A stretch of 64,000 nt of DNA from Eledone cirrhosa (lineage: Eukaryota). The notes under the pieces are model-generated. The model saw only the letters and a list, made by a program, of their open reading frames with translations, was not told where the DNA came from and did no database searches. The translations under genes were made by a program, and so were the position numbers. This document shows positions 49,001 through 62,558 of the stretch, one piece after another. The stretch is from positions 91,698,001-91,762,000 of the forward strand of contig OZ024744.1 in the NCBI GenBank assembly GCA_964016885.1, given 5' to 3'. How positions within the stretch are numbered: the stretch's first letter is position 1; the number at the start of each line of letters is the position of its first letter.

Positions 49001-51716
49001 GATTTCATTTATTAGCCACAAGGGCCGACATGTAGGGGACAATACAAAGACAGGGACAGTGGGGGTTTACAATAAGGTCGAGTAAAAATGCACAATGAAG
49101 ATGTAAGAATATAAAATAAACTATGCATAAATATAACAAAATAAATTCCTCGATAAGGGGTGGACGACCCTGGGGTGACTCGGGTACCCCACCAATCCTG
49201 AACCACCCTGCGCTTCTAGGGCACCCAGGGAGAGCACCCTCTCCTCAAGTTAGCTAGCCTATAGGCGCATGGTCAGAGTTGACCCATTCACACGAGCCAT
49301 TCTCGCCACATTCACCCACCTTTTAGCAAATGTACTGGGGGGCAGCACTTCTCTCTCCACCCTTACCTTCCTTTCCAGGTGAAACTTGAAGATAAGGGAT
49401 TGGCCGAAGAGAAAAGTGTCTGTCTTCAGTCCTTTTAATCTGGTCCACCATATAACCTCTTTCGCAAATGCCACCAGACAGAGGAAAATTTCCTGCCCTT
49501 CCTGACCTAAGGAAGGCGGCGGGTCGATCTTCACTATGGACTCGGCCAATAGCCGGATTCGTTCCACACGCAACAGTACCTGTTCGACATAACTCCACAA
49601 GTGAGTAATGCATGGACATTGGATAAGTTTCGTCGTTCTGTGCGCATCTTGGGCAGGTCTGTCTGACAGCACTTCCATGCTGGTAGAGTTTATCCCGAAC
49701 CGGCAGTGCCCCCGGTAGCACTGCCAAGCGAGGGATTTCTGGAAATTGTCCATCGTCCAAGGCTCAAAAGTCCCCCGGTACAGACTGGTCAGTTCAACTT
49801 CGTCGAGGCCCAAAGCTTCTCCGAGTGCGTCATCGCACTTGCCCACCACCAATCCTCTATAGAACTCGAGAGTGGAAGTTCCACTGATCGCATTGCCCGC
49901 TTGGTAGAGGACAGTGAGTGCCTGGCAACATTCCAGGTGCACAAATGAGCTGCGGAAAGGCCCGTCTGATAAATGGCGACCACACCTGTTCACCGTTGTG
50001 GCAGAATATCTGGAGATGTCGCAGCCTCAACGCATGTCTGAGCATCATTAGCCATGGCATGCCCAGCCCTCCGCGTAGAGGGTGCTGGCAGCAGATGGAC
50101 CGCCTCACCATCGAAACTTGTCCCCCTCCACAACAATTTGAAGAGGAGCCGTTCCAACTTGACGAGGTACGGACGGGGGCAAGGCACGACGGTCAGGCGG
50201 TAGTAGATGACGGACGCAATGTACGCATTCGCCACCTCCGCGCGACCTTTCAGTGATAGCTTCCTCCCAGCCCGTTTTTGGGTGAGACTGGCTACTCTGC
50301 TCGTTACCTCGTCCCAATTCTTTTCCGCCTGGAGGTTTGGTCCGAACCAAATCCCGGGCAACTTTACCGGTCCGTCCGTCCAGCGCCCCACGATGCTGTT
50401 GGACGGCATGGGCCTGCCTCTCCAGGTTCAGAGCTGCAAGCCCACCGACTTTTCCGGGTTAAGTTTGGCTCCTGTCAACCTTTCATATTCCTTCAATAAG
50501 GTGCCGACCACCTCGATTTCTGAGGTGTTCGACACCATCACGGTGATGTCGTCCGCATAAGCCGACACCACCCTTCCACGTCCCAGTTCGAGCGGGATGC
50601 CCTGCAACAGCTCCAGAGTCAATACGTACAGAAGAGAGGAGAGAGGGCACCCTTGACGGACCGATCGGGAGAGCCGAAATGGTTCTGCGAGGTGGCCATT
50701 AACCTTGACCACCGAGCGTGTGCCGCTGTGCATTGCAGTGATCCAGCTTCTGAAGACGGCCGAAGCCAGCTGCTTTGAGGACAAACTCCAGATACCGATG
50801 GTTGACCCTATCGAATGCTTTCGATTGATCTAAATTGATCAGTGCCCCACTGAAGCTAGGTTTACACCCTACCCTCTCTATGATGTATCGCATGAGGTGG
50901 AGATTGTCGTGTATGGACCTGGCTGGGATTGCGCAAGTTTGCGCCTCCCCAACCAAATCCTCGATGACAAGCACCAATCTCTTTGCTAACACCTTGGCCA
51001 AAATCTTAAACTCTGTGTTGAGCAGAGTTATCGGCCTGAAGTTGTCTAATGTATCCCTCTTGTTCTCGTCTTTCCTTATCAGCGTCACCACTCCCCTGCT
51101 CACAGAACTGCGAATACTCCCATTCTGCTTCCAGTTGCAGTAGAGTACTTCGAGGAGATTGGAGAACAAGTCTGGCATATTAACGTAAAGCTCGTACGGC
51201 AGGCTATCCAAACCGGGTGACTTGCGCCTCATGCAGCCGACAAGGGGGTCCTGAATTTCGGCTGAAGTAATCGGCCTTTCGCAGCGCTCAACGTCGACCG
51301 TCGAGATGCGCGGCAAGCTGTCAAGATAGGGACTGAAATCCGCTACTCTCTCTGACTCGCCATTCTCCCCGAACAACCGAGCAAAGTGTTGGCGAAAGGC
51401 CTCACACATCCGCTTGGAATCGCTTATCTCGTGTCCGTCTCGGTCCACCAAAGACAGAATCATGGTTTTATTACCACGCTTCGCCTCCGCCATGCGGGCC
51501 CATCGAACAGCTTTGGTTCCCTCGTTTCTCAGCGCACGCGCCTTAGCTCTGACAATGCAACCTTCGTGTTTGGCATTGAAGAAATGGTCTCGGCTCTAGC
51601 ACATCAGTTTCCACTACAAATGGCCTAGTCTAACTTATCTACCAGCTCCCCCTCCTTTCTATATTTCTCTAACGCTAGTTCTTTGCTGAACTCTATCGAA
51701 GTTACTCTAATCTCTA
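49001..51716 (-). pseudogene. 5'-truncated, frameshifted L1/Tx1-like LINE ORF2
   Basis: KSPGLD, FRPITLLNTEFKILAK, DQSKAFDRV, RQGCPLS, SAYADDIT, KLSLKGR, C-terminal CPRC...; polyA signal; (AAT)n on both flanks. Confidence 0.9.
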
Positions 51717-52039
51717 TAATAATAATAATAATAATTGTTTCTACTTTAGGCACAAGGCCAGCAATTAACCAGTGCATTACTGGTGCTTTATTTTATCAAC
51801 CCTATAATAATAATAATAATAATGATTTCTACTATAGGCACAAGGCCAGTAATTTGGGGAGAGGGGAAAGTTGATTAAATCAACCCAGTACGTTACTGGT
51901 ACTTTATTTTATCGACCCTATAAGGATGAAAGACAAAGTTAACCTCAGATTTGAACTCAGAACATAAAGAGCCGTAACTCTATGTTGCAAAGTATGGCGT
52001 CCGACGCTCTACTGATATTGCCAAACAACAACAACAACT

Positions 52040-52260
52040 GATACAACGGTTTAAAGTGTGAATTAAAGAGGATTTGGGATTGTCATGAAATGAAAGGTCA
52101 TCCCGATTGTCTCAAAACAGTTTTCAAACATTAGTTTCCGTTTTTTGGAACACTTCAAAGGGGAACAGCAAGAACCCTCCGATACGTCCTGAATAGCTGA
52201 GGCTGCAGGTAGCGACTTGATGTTCATTTGAACAAACATCAATTACTGAGACTCCAAGAA
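52040..52260 (+). pseudogene. Degenerate 3' end of a restriction-like-endonuclease (R4/Dong-like) non-LTR element
   Basis: YNGLKCELKRIWDCHEMK/VIPIV...TLQRGTARTLRYVLNS*, followed by (TAA)n. Confidence 0.55.
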
Positions 52261-52506
52261 TAATAATAAAAATAATAACAATAATAATTGTTTCTACGTT
52301 AGGCACACAGCCAGCAATGACCCAGTGTATTACTGGTACTTTATTTTATCGACCCCCGTAAGGACGAAAGGCAAAGTCAACCTCGGCGGGATTTGAACTC
52401 AGACCGTAAAGGGACGTAACTATGCTGGAAAGCATGGCGTCTGACTCTCTACCGATACTGCCAATCCACCGCCCTTAATAATAATAAAAATAATAACAAT
52501 AATAAT

Positions 52507-52957
52507 AGTTGTATTTATTGGCCACACTGTCCAACATATAGGGGACAATACAAAGACAAGGTCAGTGCGGGGGGGAGGGGCGGGCTTACAATAAAATCGA
52601 GTCTAAATACACAATAACAAAACAATTGACAATAAATATATATATAAAATTATATAAAGATGTAAACTATATAAAAATATAACAAAATAAATACCACAAT
52701 AGGAGTGTGTGTGTGTGTGGGGGGGGGGGGGCGAACCAACCAAGGGCGACTTAGTTACCCCACCAATCGTGAACCACCTGATGCTTCAAGGACAATCGGG
52801 AAGAACACACCTCTACCTCTCAAGCTGCATGCTCAAATAGGCCCACCATTCACACTGGTCATTCTTGCCACATTCACCCACCCTTTAGCAAATGTACTGG
52901 AGGGGGGGGGGGGCACTTCTCTCTCTCCACCCTCACCTTCCTTACCAAGTGGAAATT
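52507..52957 (-). mobile_element. L1/Tx1-like 3' fragment
   Basis: Homologous to 49005-49385. Confidence 0.8.
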
Positions 52958-53621
52958 GAATAACAACAACAACAACAATGATAATACTTTCTTTATTTAG
53001 TATATAACAACAATAATAATAATTGTTTCTATTTTTGGTACAAGGCCAGCAATTATCCCAGTGCATTACTGGTACTTTATTTTATCGACCCCCGTAAGGA
53101 TGAAAGGCAAAGTTAACCTCTGTGGGATTTGAACCCAGATCATAAAGGACCATAACTCTATACCGCAAAGCATGGCGTCCGACCCTCTACCGATATTGCC
53201 AATGGTTTCTGATTTAGGCACAAGGCCAGGAATTTTAAGGTCAAAGGGAAATGTCGATTAAATCGACCCCAGTCCATTACTGGTACTTTATTTTATCGAC
53301 CCCCGTAAGGATGAAAGGCAAAGTTAACCTCGGCGGGATTTGAACTCTGAACATAAAGGGCCATAACTCTTTGCTGCGAAGCATGACGTCCAACCCTCTA
53401 CCGATACTGCCAAATGGTTTCTTATATGGGCACAAGGCCAGCAATTCTGGGGGAGGGGTAAGTCGATTAAAGTCGACCCCAGTGTGTGACTGGTACTTTA
53501 TTTTATCAACCTCGTAAGCATGAAAAGGCAAAGTTAACTTCGGAGAGATTTGAACTCAGAACGTAAAGGGCCATAACTCCATGCTGCAAAGCATGGTGTC
53601 TGACGCTCTACCGATACTGCC

Positions 53622-53674
<53 letters not shown>

Positions 53675-54052
53675 GAAGTAATCAAATAAAAATATAAAAA
53701 TATCTCCATTCCAGAATATTTAAAAAGTCTGAATTTTTTTTCTCTATATTTTATTTTTGATATTTTTTCTTTTTGCTTTTTACTTTTTACTTTTTAATTT
53801 CTACTTTGCTCTCATCTCATTTATTTTTTCTTTCTTTTTTTTTTCTTTTTGTCTCTCTCTTTTATTTTTTGGTTTATTTCCATAATTTTAACTCTTTCAT
53901 TTATTTATTTTTTTTGGGGTGTGTATGTTTTTTTCTGCTCTGGTTTTAAAAACATTTTTAAAAAAAGCCAAAATTTTTATAATTTTGTTACTCTAATTTC
54001 AGTTATATAAATTCTTTAGCATCAAATCATTTCATGTATTTAAAAAAAATTT

Positions 54053-54054
54053 GG

Positions 54055-54096
<42 letters not shown>

Positions 54097-54476
54097 GGAT
54101 TGTTGTTGTTGTTGTTGTTGTTGATATGGTTGATGTGGTGGTGGTGGTGTTGGTTGATGTGGTGGTGGTGTTGGTGGTGTTGGTGGTGGTGGTTGATGTG
54201 GTGGTGGTTGATGTGGTTGATGTGGTGGTGGTGTTGGTGGTGGTGGTGGTTGATGTGGTGGTGTTGGTGGTGGTGGTGGAGGTGGTTGATGTGGTTGTGG
54301 TCATGGTGTTGGTGTTGGTGGTGGTGGTGGTGGGAAATATATGAAGGTAAATTAATAAAATCAACATCATTATATATCATCATCATCATCACCATCACCA
54401 TCACCACCACCACCACCACCACCACCACCAATGTCATCATCATCACCACCACTGCCATTATCATCATCATCATCAT
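54053..54476. repeat. (GAT/GGT)n and (CAC/CAT)n tracts
   Basis: Direct inspection. Confidence 0.9.
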
Positions 54477-55085
54477 TTAACATCTGTTTTTCATGCTTGC
54501 ATAGATTAGAAAGGTGTCACATTATGAGGCTTAACCAGGTCAGGTCAGGTCAGGTCAGATCAGGTGAGACCAGATGAGACCAGGTGACCATGTCTTTCTT
54601 GCTAACATAGATCTATATTTTGGCTTGGTTTCTACTGAGGGAAGTTATTCCTAATGCCAACCACATTTATAGTATATACTACATTACATCAGAAGTATAT
54701 AAAGATACATAAATATATAAATATAAATAAATATATATTTAAATGATAATAAATACATAAATTCTAAATAAATATATATTGAAATTATAAATGTATAAAT
54801 ATAATATATATATATATATCAAAGTTATTATAAATATATATATATATTAAAGTTATAATAAATATATAAATATGAATATGTATATATTAAAATGATAAAT
54901 ATATATAAATATAAATAAATATATATTTAAATGGTAATAAATACATAAATTCTAAATAAATATATATTAAAATTATAATGAATGTATAAATATATATTAA
55001 ATTGAGAGAGAGAGAGATGTAAGAAGAAGCATAGAAAGAGACGTAGAGAGCGTAAAAGAACATAGGAAACGTGTAAAAAAATTAT

Positions 55086-55260
55086 TATTTCTACTTTTGG
55101 CACAAGGCCAGCAATTACCCAGTGCATTACTGGTACTTTATTTTATCGACCCCGTAAGGATGAAAGGGAAAGTTAACCTAGGCGGGATTCGAACTCAGAA
55201 TGGCAAGGGCCGTAACTCTATGTGTCAAAGCATAGCGTCCGACTCTCTACCGATACTGCC
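55086..55260 (-). mobile_element. SINE family B
   Basis: Near full-length copy. Confidence 0.85.
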
Positions 55261-55506
55261 TCAAAAAGTGTAAAAAATAATAACATGAGATAGAGTTACA
55301 TGGGAAGGGGTTTAATTGTCCCTATATTTCGGATTTCACATCCATCAACTGGAGGGGGTGGGGGTGAGGGGAAATAGTTGTGTTGGAGAAGGACAACATG
55401 TGGCCTTCGTTGTTTACCGTGTGCGTAATATATTAAATTATACACATATATATATAAAATAATAAGTATATTTATATAAATATGAATAAAAATATATTAA
55501 AATTAT

Positions 55507-55538
<32 letters not shown>

Positions 55539-55544
55539 CATATT

Positions 55545-55853
55545 AAAGAAAACAGCACAGCTCCCATGACTTCCGGAAACATTTTTTCACGCTCAGAATT
55601 GCTGAAGCATGGAACAAACTACCTACATCAGTTGTTAGCTGTCGAGACACTGCATCCTTTAAGGCCTCCATGCTTCCCGAGATTCGCCAACACTACACCT
55701 AATGTTCCCCCTCCATACACATACACACATGTATATCATGACTCATACACTATTACTTCCCTGACATTTGTATATTATTCTATGTACTATACATGCACCT
55801 TTGACGAGTTGTAGCGCACCTGAGCACTGTACACAACAATTTCATTATTATTA
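55545..55853 (+). mobile_element. CR1-like LINE 3' end
   Basis: RKHFFTLRIAEAWNKLPTSVVSCRDTASFK*, 3'UTR ending (ATT)n; a tail fragment also occurs at ~575-615. Confidence 0.85.
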
Positions 55854-55977
55854 TACCATATATATCATCATTATCATCATCATCGTTTAACGTCCATCTT
55901 CCACGTTTGCATGGGTTTGGATGGGAGTTTTCCCACTTGAGGCAAGAGTGGTTGTCTTGCTCGCATAGGACTGTATG

Positions 55978-56057
<80 letters not shown>

Positions 56058-56196
56058 AAGGTTAAACAAGGTTCAATGAATAAATCAAAGAATAAAGTTT
56101 TACAATAGATTAGAAGCACTCGGTAGAAATGGTTTTCCGGAATTATTAATATTAATTCAAAATATTAACAAAAATAGACATTCGTGTGATCAAGTA

Positions 56197-56263
56197 TATT
56201 TTATTATACATATTTCAGAGGTACTGCGCTATCTTCAACAGTACGTCCTCATCAGATAAAATA
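56197..56263 (-). ncRNA. Minimal hammerhead ribozyme in the inverted pLTR
   Basis: tattttat CTGATGA GGA-C-GTACTG...CAGTAC-C-TCT GAAA tatgta TA ataaaata. Confidence 0.75.
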
Positions 56264-56431
56264 AGATGATGCATGACATACCCTGACTAAGTAGATGGTT
56301 AAAATTCAGCCATGGCAGTGAATAAGATATGACAAAACTCAATATTTATATACCTTAAGATTGAGACATGAAAAAATTACATATAATACACCAAAAATTA
56401 CATATAATACACTAACCTATTAAATAAGGAG

Positions 56432-57433
56432 TTGTCTTATGCTTACAAACATACAGATCTAACTTCAGATGAAATCAATATGATATTAACTGCTAGAAGA
56501 ACTCTAATTAATTTCAACAATGAGTATTGGACCCGTTCAGATAGGAATAGAAACTTTGACATTACCATGGGATCATCGGACTCTGCGCAGGTTACCGATC
56601 TTCTGGGTATTTTTATCTTAAATAAGGTAAATAGAAAACTGCTGGAGATTACCGATGGTTTATATAGGGACGATATTTTATTTACGGTTGTCAAGCATAG
56701 CAATACAGAACTAAATAGGGTTAAGAAAACTATAATTGAATTCTTTAAAAATTACGACCTTAAATTAGAAGTTGAAAGTAGTACCAAAATAGTTAATTTC
56801 CTTGACGTTACCCTTAACTTAAACTCAGGATTTTATTACCCTTTCCATAAGCCCAATGAAAACTTAAATTACGTTAGCTATTACTCTAATCACCCTAAAT
56901 CCGTGAAAAATGCAATAGTCAATAGTGTACAGAAACGCATAACTAGAATATCCGCTAATAAATCCATATTTGATGAAAAAGCAGGATATTATAATGACGC
57001 GCTATGTAAGGCAGGTTATAAAAATAATATTGAATATATAGACAATAATAATTTGAATTATAATCCTGGTAAAAATAAAACTAACATAAATAAACGAGAT
57101 TCTAAAAATTATAATACAAACACCAATACCGTGAATAAATCGTGGAAAAAAATCAGAACTAAATCAGTTATATGGTTTGCTCCTCCCATATCTGTAGCAA
57201 CCAAAACACCACTCGCAAATCTATTCTTTAAAGCTTTAGATAAATTCTTCCCCATACAACATAAATACCGTTCCATATTTAACAGACACACAATTAAGCT
57301 TTCTTATTCTACAACTATGAATATGGCCCAGAATATTGCAAAAATAAATAGTAGAATTCTAAATGATAACCAACAAACAATTAGGGATAATGAATATAAT
57401 AAAATTAGCAATATTAATACTAGGAATAATAAT
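56432..57433 (+). pseudogene. Penelope-like reverse transcriptase (partial)
   Basis: FDITMGSSDSAQVTDLLG, GLYRDD, VNFLDVTL, PFHKPN, SNHP, IWFAPP, FNRHTIKLSYS. Confidence 0.9.
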
Positions 57434-57434
57434 G

Positions 57435-59002
57435 CTTTCTTTATTAACCACAAGAGTTTACACAAAGTAGACATTAAGGACAGTACAGGACAATACAGTA
57501 CAGTACAAATGAGCATTTCTGCATGTAATAAACAAAAAAACAGAGGATGTAATAATAGAAAAATGAAAAATACCCCAATAGGGGGGAGACTTCTGAGGGT
57601 CATCGTGGAAAAAGCCCATTAAAAAAAGCCACGGTGACCCTGACCACCAGGGCAATTGTCCTCTCCCAGTTTTCCACCTTCAATTTACAGGCATATACTC
57701 AGAGTAGGTCCACTCATTCGGGTCATTCTTGCCTCTCTCGCCCATCTTTCAACAAAAAGCTGGGAAGAGACCACCTCCCTCCATACCCTGATTTTCATTT
57801 TCAAATGAAATTGGAAAAAGTTAATCAAGGCATCACTGAAGAGGTAAGTGCTCGTCTTCAGCCCTTTCAGACGTGTCCACCATACTATCTCTTTCGCCAT
57901 GGCCACCAGACAGATAAAAACTGCCTGCCCTTCCCGGCTAAAGGAAGATGGCGCGGCAATCCTCACGATGGACTCAGCTGATAGTCGGATCCATTCTGCA
58001 CGCGGCAGGAGGTGTTCGACATAAACCCACAAGTCAGCAATGCTCGGACACTGGATGAGTGTATGCAGGACGGTTTTGTCGCCCTGCACGCATCTCGGAC
58101 ATGCCCTGCTGACGGCACCTCAATGCCTGTAGAGTTTATCCCGAACTGGCAAAGCTCCTCGGTAGCACTGCCAGGCCAGGGATTTCTGGCTGTTGTCCAT
58201 AGGCCCTGGCCCGAAAGTTCTTCCAAAGAGATTAGCTAGTTGATTTTCGTCGACGCCTAGAGTTTCCCCAAGTACGTCGTCGCTCTTCCCCTCGACTAAT
58301 CCTCTATAGAAAGCCAAGGTGGAGTTTACACCGATCACATTGCCCGATTGGTCGAGGGCTGTGAGCGCCTGAAGACATTTCAGTCCCCAAGCGCTCCCTC
58401 TCAGTCTTCGCTTGACCCAGGACTGCAGCTCCGTCAAGGAGATGAGCTGGGGAAAGACGCGTCTAGCAAATGGCGACCACACCTGATCACCGTCGAGGAA
58501 GAGGTGGAGATGTCGTAGCCTGAGCGCGTGTCTGCGCATCATTAGCCACGGCATGCCCAGCCCTCCACGTAGCGGGTGTTGACAGCAGATGGACCGCCTG
58601 ACCATCGGAGCGCGTCCCTTCCACAAAAAGCGAAAGGGCAAACGCTCCAGCGCAGTCAGGCGAGGCTTAGGACAAGGCATGATGGTCAGGCGGTAGTAGA
58701 TGACGGACGCGATGTACGCGTTAGCCACCTCCGCTAGACCTTTCAGGGATAGCTTCCTCTCCGCCCATTTCTGGGTGAGAGAAGCCACCCTGCTCGTCAC
58801 CTCATCCCAGTTTTTGTCCGTCTGGAGGTCCGGACCTAACCAGACCCCTAACAATTTAACTGGTCCATCCGTCCAGCGCCCGACAACGCCGCAGGTCCAC
58901 CAACTTTTCCTGGTTAATCATTGCTCCTGTCACCGCTTCGTATTCTCTTAGTGTAGTGCTGATCGCCTCGATGTGTTTGGCGTTCGACACCACTACGGTG
59001 AC
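57435..59002 (-). pseudogene. L1/Tx1-like 3' fragment nested in the Penelope ORF
   Basis: ORFs 58120-58854 and 57685-58089 are homologous to 49259-50409. Confidence 0.9.
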
Positions 59003-59538
59003 ATATTAATCTAAGCACTATCAATAGAACACTTCCAAGTACTAGCAATGTTAATGTCAATTGCCCAATTTATAGTAATAACAATAAATCAAAATGTAAT
59101 TGTAGAAATAGACCAGATTGCCCTCTGCAAAATAATTGTCTGGATAGCAATCTAGTCTATAAATGCACCGTAAAAGCAAATAACATCACATACAACTATA
59201 TTGGTGCAACTTCATCGACATTTAAATTAAGATTTTCGAATCACAAATATTCTTTTTCGAATCCTAATAGGAAATCTTCGACTTCTTTATCACAACTTAT
59301 ATGGTCATTAAAAGACAACAATTTAAAATACTCGATTTCTTGGTCAAAGCTGTGTAATAATCGAATCTATTTGAATTCTTCAATATCACCTAACTGCAAT
59401 TTTTGTACTATGGAGACCCTATTAATAATTACTAATTATGAAAATTTAATTAACAAAAAAAGTGAATTATTCTCAAATTGCCTACATAAAGCTTCTTCTA
59501 CATTCCAAGCATTGCAAAAAGTCAGGAAAAAACATTGA
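59002..59538 (+). pseudogene. Penelope-like Zn-linker + GIY-YIG endonuclease (absent from the ORF track: no early start codon)
   Basis: Manual translation: CNCRNRPDCPLQNNCLDSNLVYKCTV...YIGATSSTFKLRFSNH...CNFCTME...LINKKSELFSNCLH...*. Confidence 0.88.
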
Positions 59539-59840
59539 ATAAATAAGTTCTAATTTTTTATGTTTCTTATCAACTGAGTGCGTAAAATGATACTATAACA
59601 GATTATAAAACCTTATAATAATTTTTTAATCTCTTGATGAATATGCATATCATTTGATTGTGTAAATACATTTAATTTTTTCGGGATTTATTGTATTTTT
59701 TAAAATATATAGATTATATGGTTAACAGTTATAAGGAATCGTAGACCATTCATTTATTTATTTTGAATATGTTGTTTTAAGATTCAAGATGTTTGATTTA
59801 TATATTTATGGTATATGTGTCGTACACGATCCTAGTCGAC

Positions 59841-61062
59841 TAACTTTTTCCACTTAACTTGTCTATGTTTGGTTGTTCACGAACATTGACATTGCACATC
59901 CAACGGAGCATACTTGCTTCATTTCTCTCCAGCTGTCGCATATCTTCTTCGGTTGCTTCCCTTGTCTCACTACCATGCAGCATCACGCATCTCACACAGG
60001 CATCATTTAACCATCCTTTCATGCGCAGGGAGAAACCCTTCTTTGTAAACAGAGGGAGCAGCTCCCTAAACTTCTTCCAACCCATCCTTATTCTAGATAC
60101 TATGGCCTCGGAACACCCCCTCACTCCCATGCTAATCTGATTACCTATGTACCGGAAGTTATCAACCACTTCTATAGAACCCACCTGCATTGTAAAAATG
60201 TGTCTATCACTGTGATTACTACTGCCAACTTTCCCTGTACATCTACTGCATACGTAGTTTTCCCTACCTGTTAGTTTGCCTGCTATCCCACTACATCTCT
60301 TGTGTACCCAAGCTCTGCATTGCATACATTTTATGGAATTTATGCCAGTTCCTTTCCTACAGATCGAACATGGCCATTTCCCCGATGGAATCAGAGTATT
60401 GTCCTCTCTTCTACTTATCAACACTTTTGTCTTAGCTATGTTCACTCTCAGTCCTCTTGATTCCAACTGCTGTTTCTATAGCCAGAATTTATTCTCTAGC
60501 TCCTCTACTGATTCTGCTATAAGAACCAGATCATCAGCATAGAGAAGTTCCCATGGGCATCCAGTCTTAAAATCCTCTGTTATGGCTTGGAGGACTATAA
60601 TGAACAAGAGCGGCCTGAGGAACCTGATGTACACCTACTTGTATCTGGAATTCCTCACTAAACTCCATTCCTATTCTCACTTTACTGACAGCACCTCTGT
60701 ACATAGCTTGCACTTTCCTCTCAAGCCATTTCTCTACCCCTAGTTTCCTTAGGGACCACCAGATGACAGATCTGGGTACCCTATCAAAGGCCTTCTCTAG
60801 GTCAACAAAAGCTAAGTATAGTGGCTTATTCTTCTCTAAGAACCTCTTTGTAGTTGCCTCACTATGAAGAGGGCATCTGTTGTACTTTTATGAGGCACAA
60901 AACCAAATTGCATCTCATCTAAATTGACCCTTTCTCTAATCAGTGGCGCTAATATTCTCTCTGCCACTTTCATAACCTGATCCATCAGCTTCATGCCCCT
61001 ATAATTGTCCCTCTCTAGAGCATCTCCTTTACCTTTGTTACAATTTATGAGAATATTGCTGC
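59841..61062 (-). pseudogene. Diverged internal RTE RT fragment
   Basis: GCPWELLYADD, SGKWPCSIC, WVHKRCSG, MLHGSET; frameshifted. Confidence 0.9.
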
Positions 61063-61167
61063 TGTAGGTAGTAACTTCTATGGGACACCTTCAGTCAATC
61101 TGCTGCAAAACGCTTGTAACAGGTCAATACTCAGGAACTATTTTTCATATGTAAACGAAACTTCCGT

Positions 61168-61332
61168 CCACACTGTAAATGTGGTTGGTGTTAGGAAGGG
61201 CATCCAACCATAGAAAACCTGCCAGATAGTTCTATACAAGCGAGGCACGGTCACCCGACCAATCTTACCTCAAATGGGACAATTCCCGTCTAACCCATGC
61301 TAGCGTGGAAGATAGACGTTATATGATGATGA
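61168..61332 (+). mobile_element. RTE 3'UTR fragment (B-like)
   Basis: GTTGGTGTTAGGAAGGGCATCC...AACCCATGCTAGCGTGGAAG...(GAT)n. Confidence 0.75.
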
Positions 61333-61340
61333 TATATATA

Positions 61341-61771
61341 TCTATATATATAAAACTGAGGATGTCTGTCTGTGAATTTGAATCCCTAAAACTCGAGAAG
61401 TACCCAACCGTTTTTTTTCAAACTTTACATGTGTATTACTTATGTTTCAGGAAGTGTTATGCACATAAAATTCAACTTTTTGATCCCCTAGGGCCCGCAT
61501 TAGGTGAAAAACTGCGTTTTTTCAGCTTTTTAGGGGTCTTTTTGAGGTGTTACATCAGACCGATTTCCTTGAATTAACTATGTATTAGTCAGTCTCTTCT
61601 TCGTACCGCGAGCAAAGAAAAAAATCCAACTTTTTTATGTCCCGCATTAGGTGAAAAACTTCATTCTTTTAGCCTCATATTGTCCAGGCATGCAGTTTTT
61701 CCAATATGAGGTCTGTTGGCGGCCCGCATTCCAAATTACCTTATCCCGTGCAACGCCGGGTACCACTGCTA

Positions 61772-61772
<1 letters not shown>
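61341..61772 (+). mobile_element. Non-autonomous Helitron
   Basis: 5' TCTATATATATAAAA, subterminal hairpin CCCGTGCAACGCCGGG, 3' CTAG; inserted between A and T with no TSD. Confidence 0.85.
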
Positions 61773-61838
<66 letters not shown>

Positions 61839-62264
61839 GAGAGAGAGATGTAAAATCACGACCACAGCACCAAGCAGTTTCAGCTTGTGTGTTCAGCAAG
61901 CCTTTTCAACACACAATCCAAAACTGCTTACCACTGAGGTCAGTATTTTACATATCTCTATACCCACTCTACATCTCCCCATGCATTGAGTACTCCCATG
62001 ATTAGTGGTCTCCTCAGCCTCACCACACTCTGTCTCTCTTTCTCACCCCTTCTCTCTTTCTCATACACACACTCTCTCACTCACTCTCTCTCTCTCTCTC
62101 ATACACACTCTCTCTATATATATATATATGTGGTTGGCACTAGGCAGGGCTGTAGAAACTAAGCCCAAATCAGTTCTGTATGAACAAGACATGGTCACCT
62201 GACCTGGCATTGCTCACAACAGGAGAACTCGTCTAACCCATGCTAACGTGGAAAAATGGACGTA

Positions 62265-62558
62265 ATATGATGATGGTGATGGTGCTGATGATGCTGGTCG
62301 TGATGGTGATGATGATGGTGGTGATAATGGTGGTGATGATAATGGTGGTGATGATAATGGTGGTGATGGTGATGGCGATGGTGCTGATGATGGTGATGGT
62401 GACAACGGTGATGATGATGATGATGATGATAGTGATGATAATAATGGTGGTGATGGTGATGGCGATGGTGCTGATGATGGTGATGGTGACAACGGTGATG
62501 ATGATGATGGTGATGGTGATGGGGATGACAATGACAATGATGATGATGATGAGGATGA
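62265..62558. repeat. (GAT/GGT)n tract, probably an expanded RTE tail (RTE fragment at 62130-62275)
   Basis: Directly follows GGACGTAATATGATG. Confidence 0.85.

Larger units (their letters stand above)
51734..53620 (-). mobile_element. Cluster of SINE B copies in (AAT)n (51734-51805, 51826-52023, 52289-52474, 53021-53202, 53206-53413, 53416-53620)
   Basis: Repeated SINE B bodies in the same orientation. Confidence 0.85.
56055..59830 (+). mobile_element. Penelope-like retroelement (5'-truncated, inverted pLTR upstream), split by an L1/Tx1 insertion
   Basis: RT and GIY-YIG coding segments plus an upstream antisense hammerhead; outer boundaries approximate. Confidence 0.85.

Noticed and set aside
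57434-57622. C-terminal part of the 396-aa ORF as Penelope protein
   Set aside because: It is read-through into the antisense 3'UTR of the inserted L1/Tx1 fragment.
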